In this document: positions 1 to 12,600 of the stretch, in pieces
Position numbering within the stretch: position 1 is the stretch's first letter
Layout: each line of letters starts with the position of its first letter
Assembly (NCBI RefSeq): GCF_006345805.1
Contig: NC_043004.1
Location: 106,516,001-106,580,000 of the forward strand
Direction: 5' to 3'
Origin: Octopus sinensis
Taxonomy: Eukaryota
DNA: 64,000 nucleotides
The notes under the pieces: model-generated
The model's input: the letters and a program-made list of their open reading frames with translations, nothing else
Database searches by the model: none
Told to the model about the DNA's origin: nothing
Translations under genes and position numbers: made by a program

Positions 1-60
1 ATACCTACACCTATAACCATGCCTGCACCTATTTACTTACATTTTCTATTTTAATTTCAG

Positions 61-915
61 GTGAAAAAAATAATGCAGTTTATGACTTATGCAGCATATC
101 ATTCTCAACTTGAAGTTTCATTTATTATGGACGAATTTGGCCTTCCTCCACCCTCTGGGGATGAAATAGGTCTTAATTTAGACACTGACATATCAGATGT
201 TAATTCTGAATTGAGAGACTCTCAACAAGATGTAAATAGTGAACAGAAAGATGTGATAGATAACAGGGGACATGTATTTAATAACCAATGTAGGAGAGAT
301 GCTTTTAAAACAGCCAGTTCAATGACTTTGTCTCTTCAGCTTGTTGAAGAAGTTGGTGATACAGACGTAGTTGATAGTGAACCTTCAGAGAAGGACATTG
401 AATCTAGTAAAGAAGATGATCCGTCTCTAGACATTTCAACAGAAGTCAGTCAAAGCAGTGACAATAAACTATGCAAAGATGTCATGAGCAACAGTCGAAA
501 ACAACCTGGCATAGAAGAACTCACTGATTTTTCTGATCCTTTACACAACTATCTCACAACGAAGGATGACTCCATATTTCACAGTTCTGTTGCACTTCAA
601 GAGCAGAAGGTCGCTCAACAGCAGAAAATTCGAAAAGCACTGGAAGATTTAGTTCTATCTGTCTCACCTTACATAAAAATTGATCCACCATATTTAGAGA
701 CTACTAATGGCTTGAAGTCAACTTTGCGGAAGTATTTCCCTGATGAGATGTACTTCTCTCCAGCTTTAAGTGAAAAGAACATTGACAATCGACCAAAATA
801 TTTTGATACCGATGTTGTATCACGTATCAGTAACAAAAAAAATGTAGAAATTACGGAGGCACATCCTTTTATCATGTGGAAACTTGAAAAACCAGTGAAA
901 GACCCATCTGTACAG
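61..915 (+). CDS. PIKFYVE: PIKfyve exon (window exon 1)
   Basis: ttaatttcag|GTG ... CAG|gtaggt; [26 protein letters not shown]...[11 protein letters not shown]; ends phase 0. Confidence 0.93.
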
Positions 916-3900
916 GTAGGTATTTGACATTATTATGATAAGCAAATAAATATTTCTGTACCTGAGAGAAAAGTACTGTGTGCGTGTGTATTGAGAGGAA
1001 AAGAGAGAGGTATTATGTAAGTGCAGACAAGTATCTTAAAACAGTATTCAATTCCAAGGGAAGACTGATTACAATATATTATGTATTTTACAAGCTATTG
1101 TATCTAATGGATACTACTGCCACTATATCTCTCTATATAATTAAGTTAAAAGTTATGTGAAAAAGAAAAAAATCACTGTTAGTCATGACTAATTTTATTT
1201 TAATTATTTTCATCAAGAGAGAGAACTTTGAACATGTTCCAGTCTTATTATGACCTCAACAGAAAATCATTGACTTCACTATACTTGTTGAGCTAGTGAT
1301 GAGAGAATCATCAAGTAAATGTACTAGAATGTTCACTGAAGTGTGTTGAATTAAAGCAGCTTAATTTCAACAAAGTATCACAGTAATTTACTTAGAAAAA
1401 ATTTCTGCAATCAGTATTTTTGCCATGTTCTTTCAAAATAATTTCAAATGTGAAAACTGGGGCAATATTTCTTTTCAAGTCATTGAAGATGTGTAATCTA
1501 GTATATTTGCTTGGTGACTGAGCTGTACTTATATTGTAGACTGTAGAGATAGAATTTATGTAAGAATAGAAAAATAGATTTAAGGCAGTATGTGATCAAA
1601 CCAGGGTTCCTCTTGACTTGTGCTCTCACTAACCACAAACACTTTTATTTATCAAGATGTGTAGTTGTTGCTTAATCTTATATCAAGCCTGACCAGGAAG
1701 AACTATGATCAAAATTATTCTAGACATGACCATTTTCTGCCTCTATATCCATTGCATGTTTTCTTGAAGAAAGGTAGGATGTTATCTGTAAAAGATTTGT
1801 TTGCAATTTGTAGCAGATCAAGCAATCACATAGGGGCTCTCACTGGCTCAGTCAACACGTGTAGATTACACGACATAGCCATGTATTTCTTCTACTGTAA
1901 TACGCCTGTCCCTCTATCATACTTTAACTTCTTATAACTTGGCATGAAGCCAATATTACACCCCCACTCTCTCAGTTAAGGGGTCATGTCTTGTGAGTAA
2001 CTTAATGACCTTAGCTGTGCTGATGCCATGTAAAAAGCATACTCTGTGAAATGGTTGGCATTAGGAAAGGCATCCAGTCATAGATACTATGCCAAATCAG
2101 ACATTGGATCTTAATGAAGTCCTTTAGCTCAACAGCCCCTGTCAAACTGTCCAAGATATGCCAGCATGGAAAATGGACATTAAAAGATGATGATGATAAG
2201 TTCATTATTTTGATTCTTCTAACTTCTCATGACATGAACCCCAGCTACCAAGTGGCGTAGGTTGTGTAGAAGAATGTGGTGTCCTTTGAAAATCGAGGCC
2301 AATTTTCATCATATTTAGCTCTTCATCTGCATCACAAACCTAATTATTGTTTTTTTCATTACCATCTCACCATTATGACACCACCACCACTGCTGACACT
2401 ACCACCATTATTGTCATTGCTGTTATCATTGTCATCATCATCATCATCATCGCCATTACTACCACCATCTTCATAATCATCATCATCATCTATATTTCTA
2501 TCTGGGTTATGCATGAATGAAATTTCCAGTTTTTCTAATTTGAGCCAACAAGATCTTGTCTCATTGAGTCAAATTTAAAAGAAAGAAATTCATCTATTTT
2601 ATTTGTAGGACATTCTGTCTGATTTTCGTGCTCGAGGTGGACGTATTAAAACAACCCAGTCTGGGAGCTGCTATCATGATGAATGCAAGGAGGTGGCTAA
2701 AAAGACAAGCAATGGAGAAATAAAAAATGATATTAACTATGTATCATTCTATTATGATCAGAAGGTGAGTTATGGATTTTATAGATTTGTTTATAGATTT
2801 TATAAATTGTTTATAAAAGATATTTCATGGTATGAATTTTATTGATCTGCTGAAGGTTGTCTAGTAAGCAGATGTTTCATGGGAAATAGTAAGTAAGTTA
2901 TATTACCTTGGTGATACTATTAGTATTGAAGGCAGGCTACCAGACTAATTTAATCACAGTGGTAGCACTGTAGATAAATATTGGAGATATAATATATAAG
3001 CCAGACTTTATGAATGATGTGTGAGAAATGTGATATGTGATGCTGAAAAAAATGGATGAAAACTGTGTTGTTGTTTATAGATTCTGTCCATGATAAATAA
3101 AACTTCAGGAATACTTTTAACAATGGTTCAATTTGGATTCTCTTCTAGTTGATAAATCAATGTAGCTGTGACATGTTACTCTAACCATTATAAATAGTGC
3201 ATATCATGCAGCTCAGATTCGAACATCACAAAACTAATATGCAAATGAAGTAATATGCAAATGATGCATACAGAAGAGAGGAATGTCATAAATAATGTGA
3301 AAGGAATGAATGTTGAGGAGAATATGAGAATCATATGAATAATATAACATTGTTGTTTTGGTGAGCAGTTATATATACCGAGGGGTCTTTCCAGTCTAGG
3401 GATCTTTGTCTTGCAAAGTGTATTGGGTGTTGGTGCCATGCAAAAAAATCTCCCAGTACACTCTGTAAAATGGCTGGCATTAGAAAGAGCATCCACCAAC
3501 CGAAACCATGCCAAAGCAGATAATAGAGCTTGGTACAGTCCTAGAAAACCATCCAACTTATGTCAGTATGGGAAACATGTTAAATGATGGTGATGGTGAT
3601 TGTGTGTGTGTGTTCTATTTTGGCCCCTTCTTTCATATTTTAACTCCTAATCCCATAGCATAAAATCATCTCCCTCTCTACTGCATCCCAACTCAGTCAA
3701 AAAGGATCTTCGTCTTGCAGGCTGCATGATGACCTCACTAGTAGTGATGATTGATATTAGGAAGAGTCCATTAGTGGACACTTGGCTATGAAAAGCCTTG
3801 TGTATATGAGTTGTAGGTAGTTTGGTAAAAGTCACTTTAGTGAATAGATGGTAGTTCTTGTGTGAGCTCAACCACAACTTTACTTCTTTGGGTTACGGTT

Positions 3901-4459
3901 ATTGATTTGGTCTCTGTTCTGTATAGCAGCTGCTATCTGAGGTATTTGCTGCAAATGTAAAGATCTACAGTGAATAGAGCAAAAGGAAGGTATAATCGAT
4001 CCGATAGAGAATGATAACTTGGAGAGATATTGAATACAAGTAAGTTAAGGAAATGACTGGCTATGAAAACCATTGGCTACAGTATGTCTAAGAACTGGCA
4101 ACAATAATGTGTACATTTAATGCAGACAGGTTATACATTTAGCTATGGATTGCTGTGTCATTGGTGCTGTACCTGTAACATCTTCGTAACCATACACGCA
4201 TGAGTCAGGTAGAATTCAATGTGGTAGATTTTCTACACCTGGATGTTCTTACCGTCACCAACTATCATCTGTTTTCAAGTTAATACTTCTCCTGGTCCTT
4301 CAATCATGAACAGATATCTCAATGACCGAACATGTTTTCATGGAAGGTTGCAAAGAAATGATACCATTTTTGTGTGAACGGTGATTTTATTTACAATCAA
4401 TGCACAATATTTTTACTATGAGACTACAAACAAAGACTCTCTCTCTCTCACACACACAC

Positions 4460-4538
<79 letters not shown>

Positions 4539-7500
4539 CCTGCCTCCCTCTTCACTTTTCATCCTTTCCCTCAATCTTTCGTATGTGTTACTAACTGTCT
4601 AGACCCAACAGCAAGTGCCACCCTAATCCTTCCTCTCTGAGTGCCATCACACCTGAACATGTTTGTTCCTTAGCTCAACCATTAACTCTGAACATTGACA
4701 GTATTAACTTTATCCAATTAATCCCTATAATACAATATTTATTGATTTGTTTCCCAAACCAATCTAAGTTTCTGTTTTCATTCTCTGTTTTCAGCGTGAC
4801 TGTTTAGATCTTTATAGCCACCAACATCTGTCTGTTTTGTTCAGCAGTTTCTCCAGCAACTCCTCAAATGCTCCTAATCCATGTGTTAATCCTTGGTAAA
4901 TGTTATCATTTTATATTACTTACAACTGAGTCAGAGGTTAAAATATTGCTGCATTTATTATTTTTTTCTTTCAGTACTTCAAGTTGTTTCATTCTTTGTT
5001 CTTTCAGGTTGAATTATGCTTTGTTAACTTTGTTGCATACGGGCAAATGCATTCACACACACACACACACGCACACACACACACACCACACACACACACA
5101 CTAGTCTAAAAGCAGGTGCAACACCAGCACCACCAACACCACAACTTATTTTGAAAAAACATCTATAAAATGGAAATAAGTGAGAGATCCTGGTGAAATA
5201 TTTTATTAATGTATAGTTACATTCAATGGATGACAATTAACTCAGCAACTGAGCAAAACTGTGAAAAGTCTGAGGAAAACTCTGAATCTTAGACTCATTG
5301 AAATATCCGCCTTTGGCCTTGATCACTGCGGAGCATACTCTGGGCATTCTTTCGAGCAATGAAAGCAAATATTCACTGGTAATATTTTACCACTCCTCTT
5401 GTAAGAGTGTCCAGAGGGTTTCTGCACTACTTGGTTGTTGCTTTTTGACTCTGCAGTCCAATTCATCCCACACAATTTCAATGGGATTGCAATCGGAGGA
5501 TTGGGTTGGTCATTCCATTACAGTAAACTTTTTCCACCCATTTTCTATTGTAAATAGTTTTTGCATAGCTTAGAAGTCTGTTTAGGATTGTTATCTTGCA
5601 TCGGCACGAAATTATCACTGATCAGCCTCGTCCCAGATGGAATGGCATGACACTGGAGGATAGAGTGATACCAATTTTGGTTTGATATTCTTGTTACTCA
5701 ATGAATGTCCTCAACACTATTCCCTGCAAAACACACCCCGACCATCACACTTCCCTCACCATGCTTTGCAGTCGGAACTATACACTCAGGAATCAGCTGT
5801 TCACCAATTCTTCACCTCACATAAACTCTACGCTGGGATCCGAAGATTTCAAACTTTGATTCATCATTCTAGTAGAGGACTACTAGATCATGTGCTGTGA
5901 TTTCATTTGCTGTCAGGTGCCTATTTCGAAGACTGGTAATTCTGCTGGACTTATCCTGTGATTTAGAAGTTACTTTTGGATGACCTGACTCAGCCCTGTC
6001 ATTATTTTATCCTGTTTCACTATACCTTACAATGGTGGAGTGGATGGCAGTGTAGGAAACTTGATCTTAAAAACTATAGCCTTCATTATGTAATAATAAA
6101 CTACTGGTTTTGCCCCTATTTAGGTTGATTTTTAGGAATTTCACTAATTTTACTTATTTTAAATAACTGAACCTGAAAGAAACAGTAACACATTTAACAC
6201 AGTCATTAAATGATGTTATCTCAACCGCCAGCACATAAGCAGTGGAAATAATCCAAATGTATTACAATGTTGCTAAAATGCTTTTGACCACATTCCCAAA
6301 TAAGCTTGCTATCAAGAAATCTGATTATTTGCATATAAAACTAAATAGTGTTATTCCATATTGAATAAACCCCAAATTTTATGCAATCTGTTATTCCATA
6401 TTTTTATACAAAAAGATCATCTAAATCAATGACATTGAATTAAAAGTTCCACTTCAAACCAAATTTTTGTAGGTGAGCTTGAACTTTTGGATACTAGTGT
6501 ATATATTTTAAATGTACAGAAAATGAAAGACAGAGACAGGTGAAGGAATAGCAAGCAGGTGTATTAGTTTGATGCTGGGAAAAATGGAAAAGTCTTTGAC
6601 ATCTCAAGACTACACTCTTTGACAGAAAGTGGTGAGAGGAAAAAGAAAATGGAGAAAGAAAAAAGATGGAGAGAGGAAAAAAAAACATTTCAGGATTCCA
6701 CGTACTGAGAGAACATAAATAGCATAGTGTTACAGAACTTTTTTATACTTACACCACACCTGGAACCACCCACAGAGTCAGATCTATGGTTTAAATTGAA
6801 TTTGGTACTTACACATCTGCAATGTCCTACCCATACTTTATACCTTTATTGTTGTTTATCTTATTGTTGTTCATGTGAAATAGCCATTTCTAGCATTTTA
6901 CGTGTTGATGTGCCTAGGTTTCATTGAATTTGATGAGGCAGGTTTTCTATGGCCAGATGCCCTTCCTGTTGCCGACACTCACCTGCTTCAAAGCAGGGAT
7001 TGGAAATGAACACTATCACTTGTACGATACTCATTTACATGATGTCAACACAATGCTACACACATACATACATACATATATACAGTAGGCATCTCATAGT
7101 TTCTATCTACCAGATCTACTCACAAGACTTTGATCAGCCCTGGGCTATAGTAGAAAACACTTGCCCAAGGTGCCACACAATGGAACTTTGGGCAAGTGTA
7201 TTCTTGAAAGCAAGACCTCATGGTTGGGAAGCAGGCTTTCAACCACATAGCCATGTCTGTGAATATTTTTTAAAGAATTTGTAAAGCAGAAAAATATCAA
7301 ATATTTATATATGTCTGTACTGCTGAAATTTGTTTTCAGAGACTCAGTACTACCCAGTACTGCAAATGATTTCATTGTGATTTCTTATTTTGAAATTTAG
7401 GATTGTGACAATGGAATTTTACGGCAAGAATGATGTGACTCTTGGAGGTTTTCTTGAGCGATTTTGCTTCAGGTGAGTTAGTATTTTAATATTTTCTTGT

Positions 7501-9568
7501 CTTATTTATGATAGTCATTGTGCAGTAGAAAAGAAGCTTCTTCAATACTTATTGTCAGAAGTTGTTTCTATTCTCAGGTGTAGTTAATTTAATTTTGTTT
7601 TATATGGATTTTCCTGTTACTTTCATGGTTTTGGGGAATGCCAATTCTCAGTATTTCTTCTCAAGGCTAATTAGGATAACTCTCTGACACTGGAGACGTC
7701 TACTGAGCCAAAAAGGGAGCTTATCCATGGTTGCCTCACTTACATGAATAGTTGCTGAATCTCCTTCAGGTCACATCCTACTATCTTGAAAGAAGGCACA
7801 TGGAAGGTAATGCAATCCTAGATACACCGTAGAAAAACTACAAAACAAAAAATACAATGGTCATAACCAGGGTACTTTTTGATCATGAATCCAAGTTGGC
7901 CTGGGGCTAAACAACAAATGCCAGACAGTTAGATACTTTATTTATCATAAATGTGTGTGATAAATTATTTATTTCATACTTAACACAAGGTCAAGTGTTC
8001 ACTGAAGAATGAACCAGTATATTACTGGTATTTATTATCTCAACTACAGAAGGGTTATCTTTTTATCTTTTTCATGTTTGAGTGTTTAGTCAAACAAATC
8101 ACCCTAGTACTTTTTTTTTATAAGCCTGATACTTATTGTCCGGAACTGCTTAGATACAGGGTCATAAACAAACCAACACCAGTTTTCAAGTGGTAGTGGG
8201 GAACAAACATGACCCCTCCCCCCACACACACATATGTATGTTATATATACAGTAGGTATCTCATAGATTTTATCTACCAGATCTACTCACAAGGCTTTGA
8301 TCAGCCCTGGGCTATAGTAGAAGACACTTGCCCAAGGTTCAACTTTTTGCCTAGGGTGAGCCCACAGCAATATCATATCTTCTCCACTACGATTCCCTAA
8401 AACTTGAGAACTACACAACCGATTTCATTCAAATTTTACACATGCCTTACTTAGGGTCCATGTAGTTTCATGGGCAAAAAAAAATGTTCAATTTCTTACC
8501 TAGAGCGAGCCCATAGCAATATCATATCTTCTCCACTATTTCAGTATTATGTGTTAAAAGTGAAACAAAAACATTTCTCTATTTTATGTCAGATACTTTC
8601 ACTTTAGCAATAAAATAATAATAACAATTGAATTATATGTAGTAAGTAATAATTAAAATCAAACTAAAGTATAATATAATCGTAACATAAAAAAAAAGTA
8701 AAAATAGCAATTGGTATAAAATTGCATCCATGACTTGAACTTGAATCAGTGGTTTCACATGAATGGGAATAAATAAAAAATAAAATTAGCGTGCAGAAAT
8801 GGAATAGTCCAGATGGAGGTGTGCACGGCTTTTACATTAGATTATTTGCTAATTAGCTAGCATTAAGTATCTATATGAAATTTGGCTGTATGTAATGTCT
8901 GTTTTCTCGAAAGATGCTTCTACTGAGTACCTGATATTATGCTGTCAGAGTCAGACGTTATTTTTGTGTGAAAGAGTGAAAAAAGTGAAAAATTGTAGAA
9001 AGAGACGAAACAGGATCGAATCGCGCGAGGCGCTTGTCGCTGCGTGTCGTTACTTTTTATAGAAGGAGCGTTGACCCTCAGTCATGGAGACTTACGCGAG
9101 GGTCACCGCAACGAAGAATGGCGCATCACTTGTTGTCTAAAAAGTATACAATGTAGAGAAAAAAGAAGATTTGAACACATGGAGGAAAGCACCTTCGAAA
9201 GTGTCTTGGTGCGACTATGAAAGATATCTAATCAGAGGCGGTAAATTCGCCACAATAGAAACAAGGTTCGAGTCAAAGGAGCGTGCAAGGGAGTACTTGA
9301 CTCGAACTTGCAAAGTGGAAATATTTTATTTTTACCTTTATATCTGGGACATAGGACGTCCCGGAAACAAATTTAAAATGCCCCCCACCCCCCACCAGAA
9401 GTAGAGGTAGGCTGGATTGTAGCACACTTCTATACAAGAGGAAGGACAAGATACAATTGATCGAAATTACAAGAGACGGGCTAACAATTCCAGTCTGTTA
9501 TATATTTTGAGTACTGTTATCACTAGCGATATCAAGATATAACTTTGTATTTTGCATTTTATGTGTAG

Positions 9569-9601
<33 letters not shown>

Positions 9602-12600
9602 GATGTACATGTAATATGTACACATACTAGCAGTATAACCCGGCCTTGCCCGGGATTAAGTTGCGATTATTAAGCTAATCAAGTTCTTTATTTCAAACCA
9701 AACTAAGTAATATCGACGTCAAATTTGGGCAAAATCCGTTGAAATTGGTTATATTATATATCTATATATAATATAATATAAATATATATGGGCAACAGAC
9801 ACGAACACACATGTATGTATGTACACCTATTGCATGTTTTGTGCATGCATACATGTTCATAAACAGAAATGAATGGAAAAATGTTAAATTTGTAGATTAA
9901 CACTCTCACGATTTTCACTAAGAAAAATAATCGGTTTTTTTTAGCGTGGAATCAACTACTAATATGCAACAAAACCCTTTTTGTGGTCTGTGAATCGGAG
10001 TGGGTGTGGTGGAAGCCCCGGAAATTGTACCCATTTATATTGTGTAATTCACTGACAAGTTGCTACTCACCTCTTTGTTTCTTTGTTGTTAAATAGATGG
10101 ATTGTCAACAAAATACTTTTTTACTCGGTGTAAAATAAAAACAAAACTCTTTCGCACCCAAAGTAATGTGAGTGAGAGAGAGGGGGAAGAAAGATGAACG
10201 ATTTAAAATAAATAAATGATTTAAAATAAATATATTGTAATTGTTGTGTGAGAAAGTATATATACTATGATTATAACTATAATGTATATACTATGATGTC
10301 TTTCAAAAGAAAATTTTCGAAAAATTGTTGGTAAAAATTTTTGGGTAAAATTTTCAGTGAAAATTTTCGAAAAATTTTTGGGTAAAATTTTCGGCAAAAA
10401 TTTTCGAAAAATATTGTGATCTCTGTCGGCACCCTCTTTGATCTCTGTCGGCACCCTCTTTGATCTCTTTCGGCATGCTCTTTGATCTCTGTCGGTAGGC
10501 TCTTTGACCTCTGTTGGCGCCCTCTTTGATTTCTGTCGGCGCCCTCTTTGATTTCTGTCGGCACGCTCTTTGATCTTAGTCGGCACCCTCTATGATCTCT
10601 TTCGGGACCGTCTTTGATCTCTGTCGGCACTCCTCTTTAATTTCTGTCGGCTCGCTCTTTGATCTCTGTCGGCATCCTCTTTGATCTCTGTCGGCACCCT
10701 CTTTGATATCTGTCGGCACCCTCTTTGATATCTGTCGGCACCCTCTTTGATCTCTATCGGCACCCACTTCGATCTCTGTCAGCACCCTCTTTGAACTCTG
10801 TCGGCAACCTCTTTGATCTCTGTCAGCACCCTCTTTGAACTCTGTCGGCAACCTCTTTGATCTCTGTCGGCACCCTCTATGATCTCTGTCGGCACCATCT
10901 TTGATCTCTGTCGACACACCCTTTGATATCTTTCGGCATGCTCTTTGATCTCTGTCGGCAGGCTCTTTGACCTCTGTCGGCGCCCTCTTTGATCTATGTC
11001 AATACGCTCTTTGATCTCTGTCAGCACTCTCTTTGAACTCTTTCGGCACCGTCTTTGATCTCTGTCGGCACACTCTTTGATTTCTATCGGCACGCTCTTT
11101 GATCTTAGTCGACACCCTCTATGATCTCTGTCGGCACTCCTCTTTAATTTCTGTCGGCTCGCTCTTTGATCTCTGCCGGCATCCTCTTTGATATCTATCG
11201 GCACCCTCTTTGATCGCTGTCGGCCCCATCTTTGATCTCTGTCGGCACCGTCTTTGATCTCTGTCGGCACCCTCTTTGATCGCTGTCGGCCCCATCTTTG
11301 ATCTCTGTCGGCACTCTTCTTTGATCTATATCGGCACCCTCATTGATCTCTGTCGGCACCATCTCTGTTCTCTGTCGACACCCTCTTTGATATCTTTCGG
11401 CATGCTCTTTGATCTCTGTCGGCAGGCTCTTTGATCTATGACAGCATCTTCTTTGAACTCTTTCGGCACGCACTTTGATCTCTGTCGGCACCCTCTTTGA
11501 TCTCTGTCGACACCATCTTTGATCTCGGTCGGCACTCCTCTTTAACTTATGTCGGCTCGCTCTTTGATCTCTGTCGGCACCCTCTTTGATATCTGTCGTT
11601 ACCCTCTTTGATCTATATCGGCACGCTCTTTGATCTCTGTCGGCACCATCTTTGATCTCTGTCGGCACCTTCTTTGATCTCTTTCGGCACGCTCTTTGAT
11701 CTCTGTCGGCACCATCTTTGATCTATGTCGGCACCTTCTTTGATCTCTTTCGGCACAGTCTTTGATCTCTGTCGACACCCTCTTTGATCTCTTTCGGCAT
11801 GCTCTTTGATCTCTGTCGGCAGGCTATTTGAACTGTCGGCGTCCTCATTGATCTCTGTCGGCACGCACTTTGATCTTTGTGGGCACGCTCTTTGATCTAT
11901 GTCGGCACCCTCTTTGATCTCTGTCGGCACCCTCTTTGATCTCTGTCGACACCATCTTTGATCTCTGTCGGCACTCCTCTTTAACTTATGTAGGCTCGCT
12001 CTTTGATCTCTGTCGGCATCCTCTTTGATCTCTGTCGGCACCCTCTTTGATATCTGTCGTTACCCTATTCGATCTATATCGGCACGCTCTTTGATCTCTG
12101 TCGGCACCATCTTTGATCTCTGTCGGCACCTTCTTTGATCTCTTTCGGCACAGTCTTTGATCTCTGTCGGCACCCTCTTTGATATCTGTCGACACCATCT
12201 TTGATCTCTGTCGGCACTCCTCTTTAACTTATGTCGGATCGCTCTTTGATTTCTGTCGGCATCCTCTTTGATCTCTGTCGGCACCCTCTTTGATATCTTT
12301 GATCTATATCGGCACGCTCTTTGATCTTTGTCGGCACCATCTTTGATCTCTGTCGGCACCTTTGATCTCTTTCGGCACGCTCTTTGATCTCTGTCGGCAC
12401 CATCTTTGATCTCTCTTGGCACCTTCTTTGATCTCTTTCGGCACAGTCTTTGATCTCTGTCGACACCCTCTTTGATCTCTTTCGGCATCGTCTTTCATCT
12501 CTGTCGGCATGCTCTTTGATCTATGTCGGCACCCTCCTTGATCTCTTTCGGCACCCTCCTTGATCTCTTTCGGCACCATCTTTGATCTCTGTCGGCACCT

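Noticed and set aside
61-927. ORF-track 'start' at 61 as a stand-alone 288-aa gene
   Set aside because: Position 61 is a GTG directly after a splice acceptor; this is an internal PIKfyve exon and the last three residues are intronic read-through.
4381-5236. His/Thr-, Tyr/Ile- and Cys/Val-repeat ORFs here and elsewhere (e.g. 18020-18324, 43350-43787, 54165-54431)
   Set aside because: Translations of (CA)n, (TA)n and (TG)n microsatellites.
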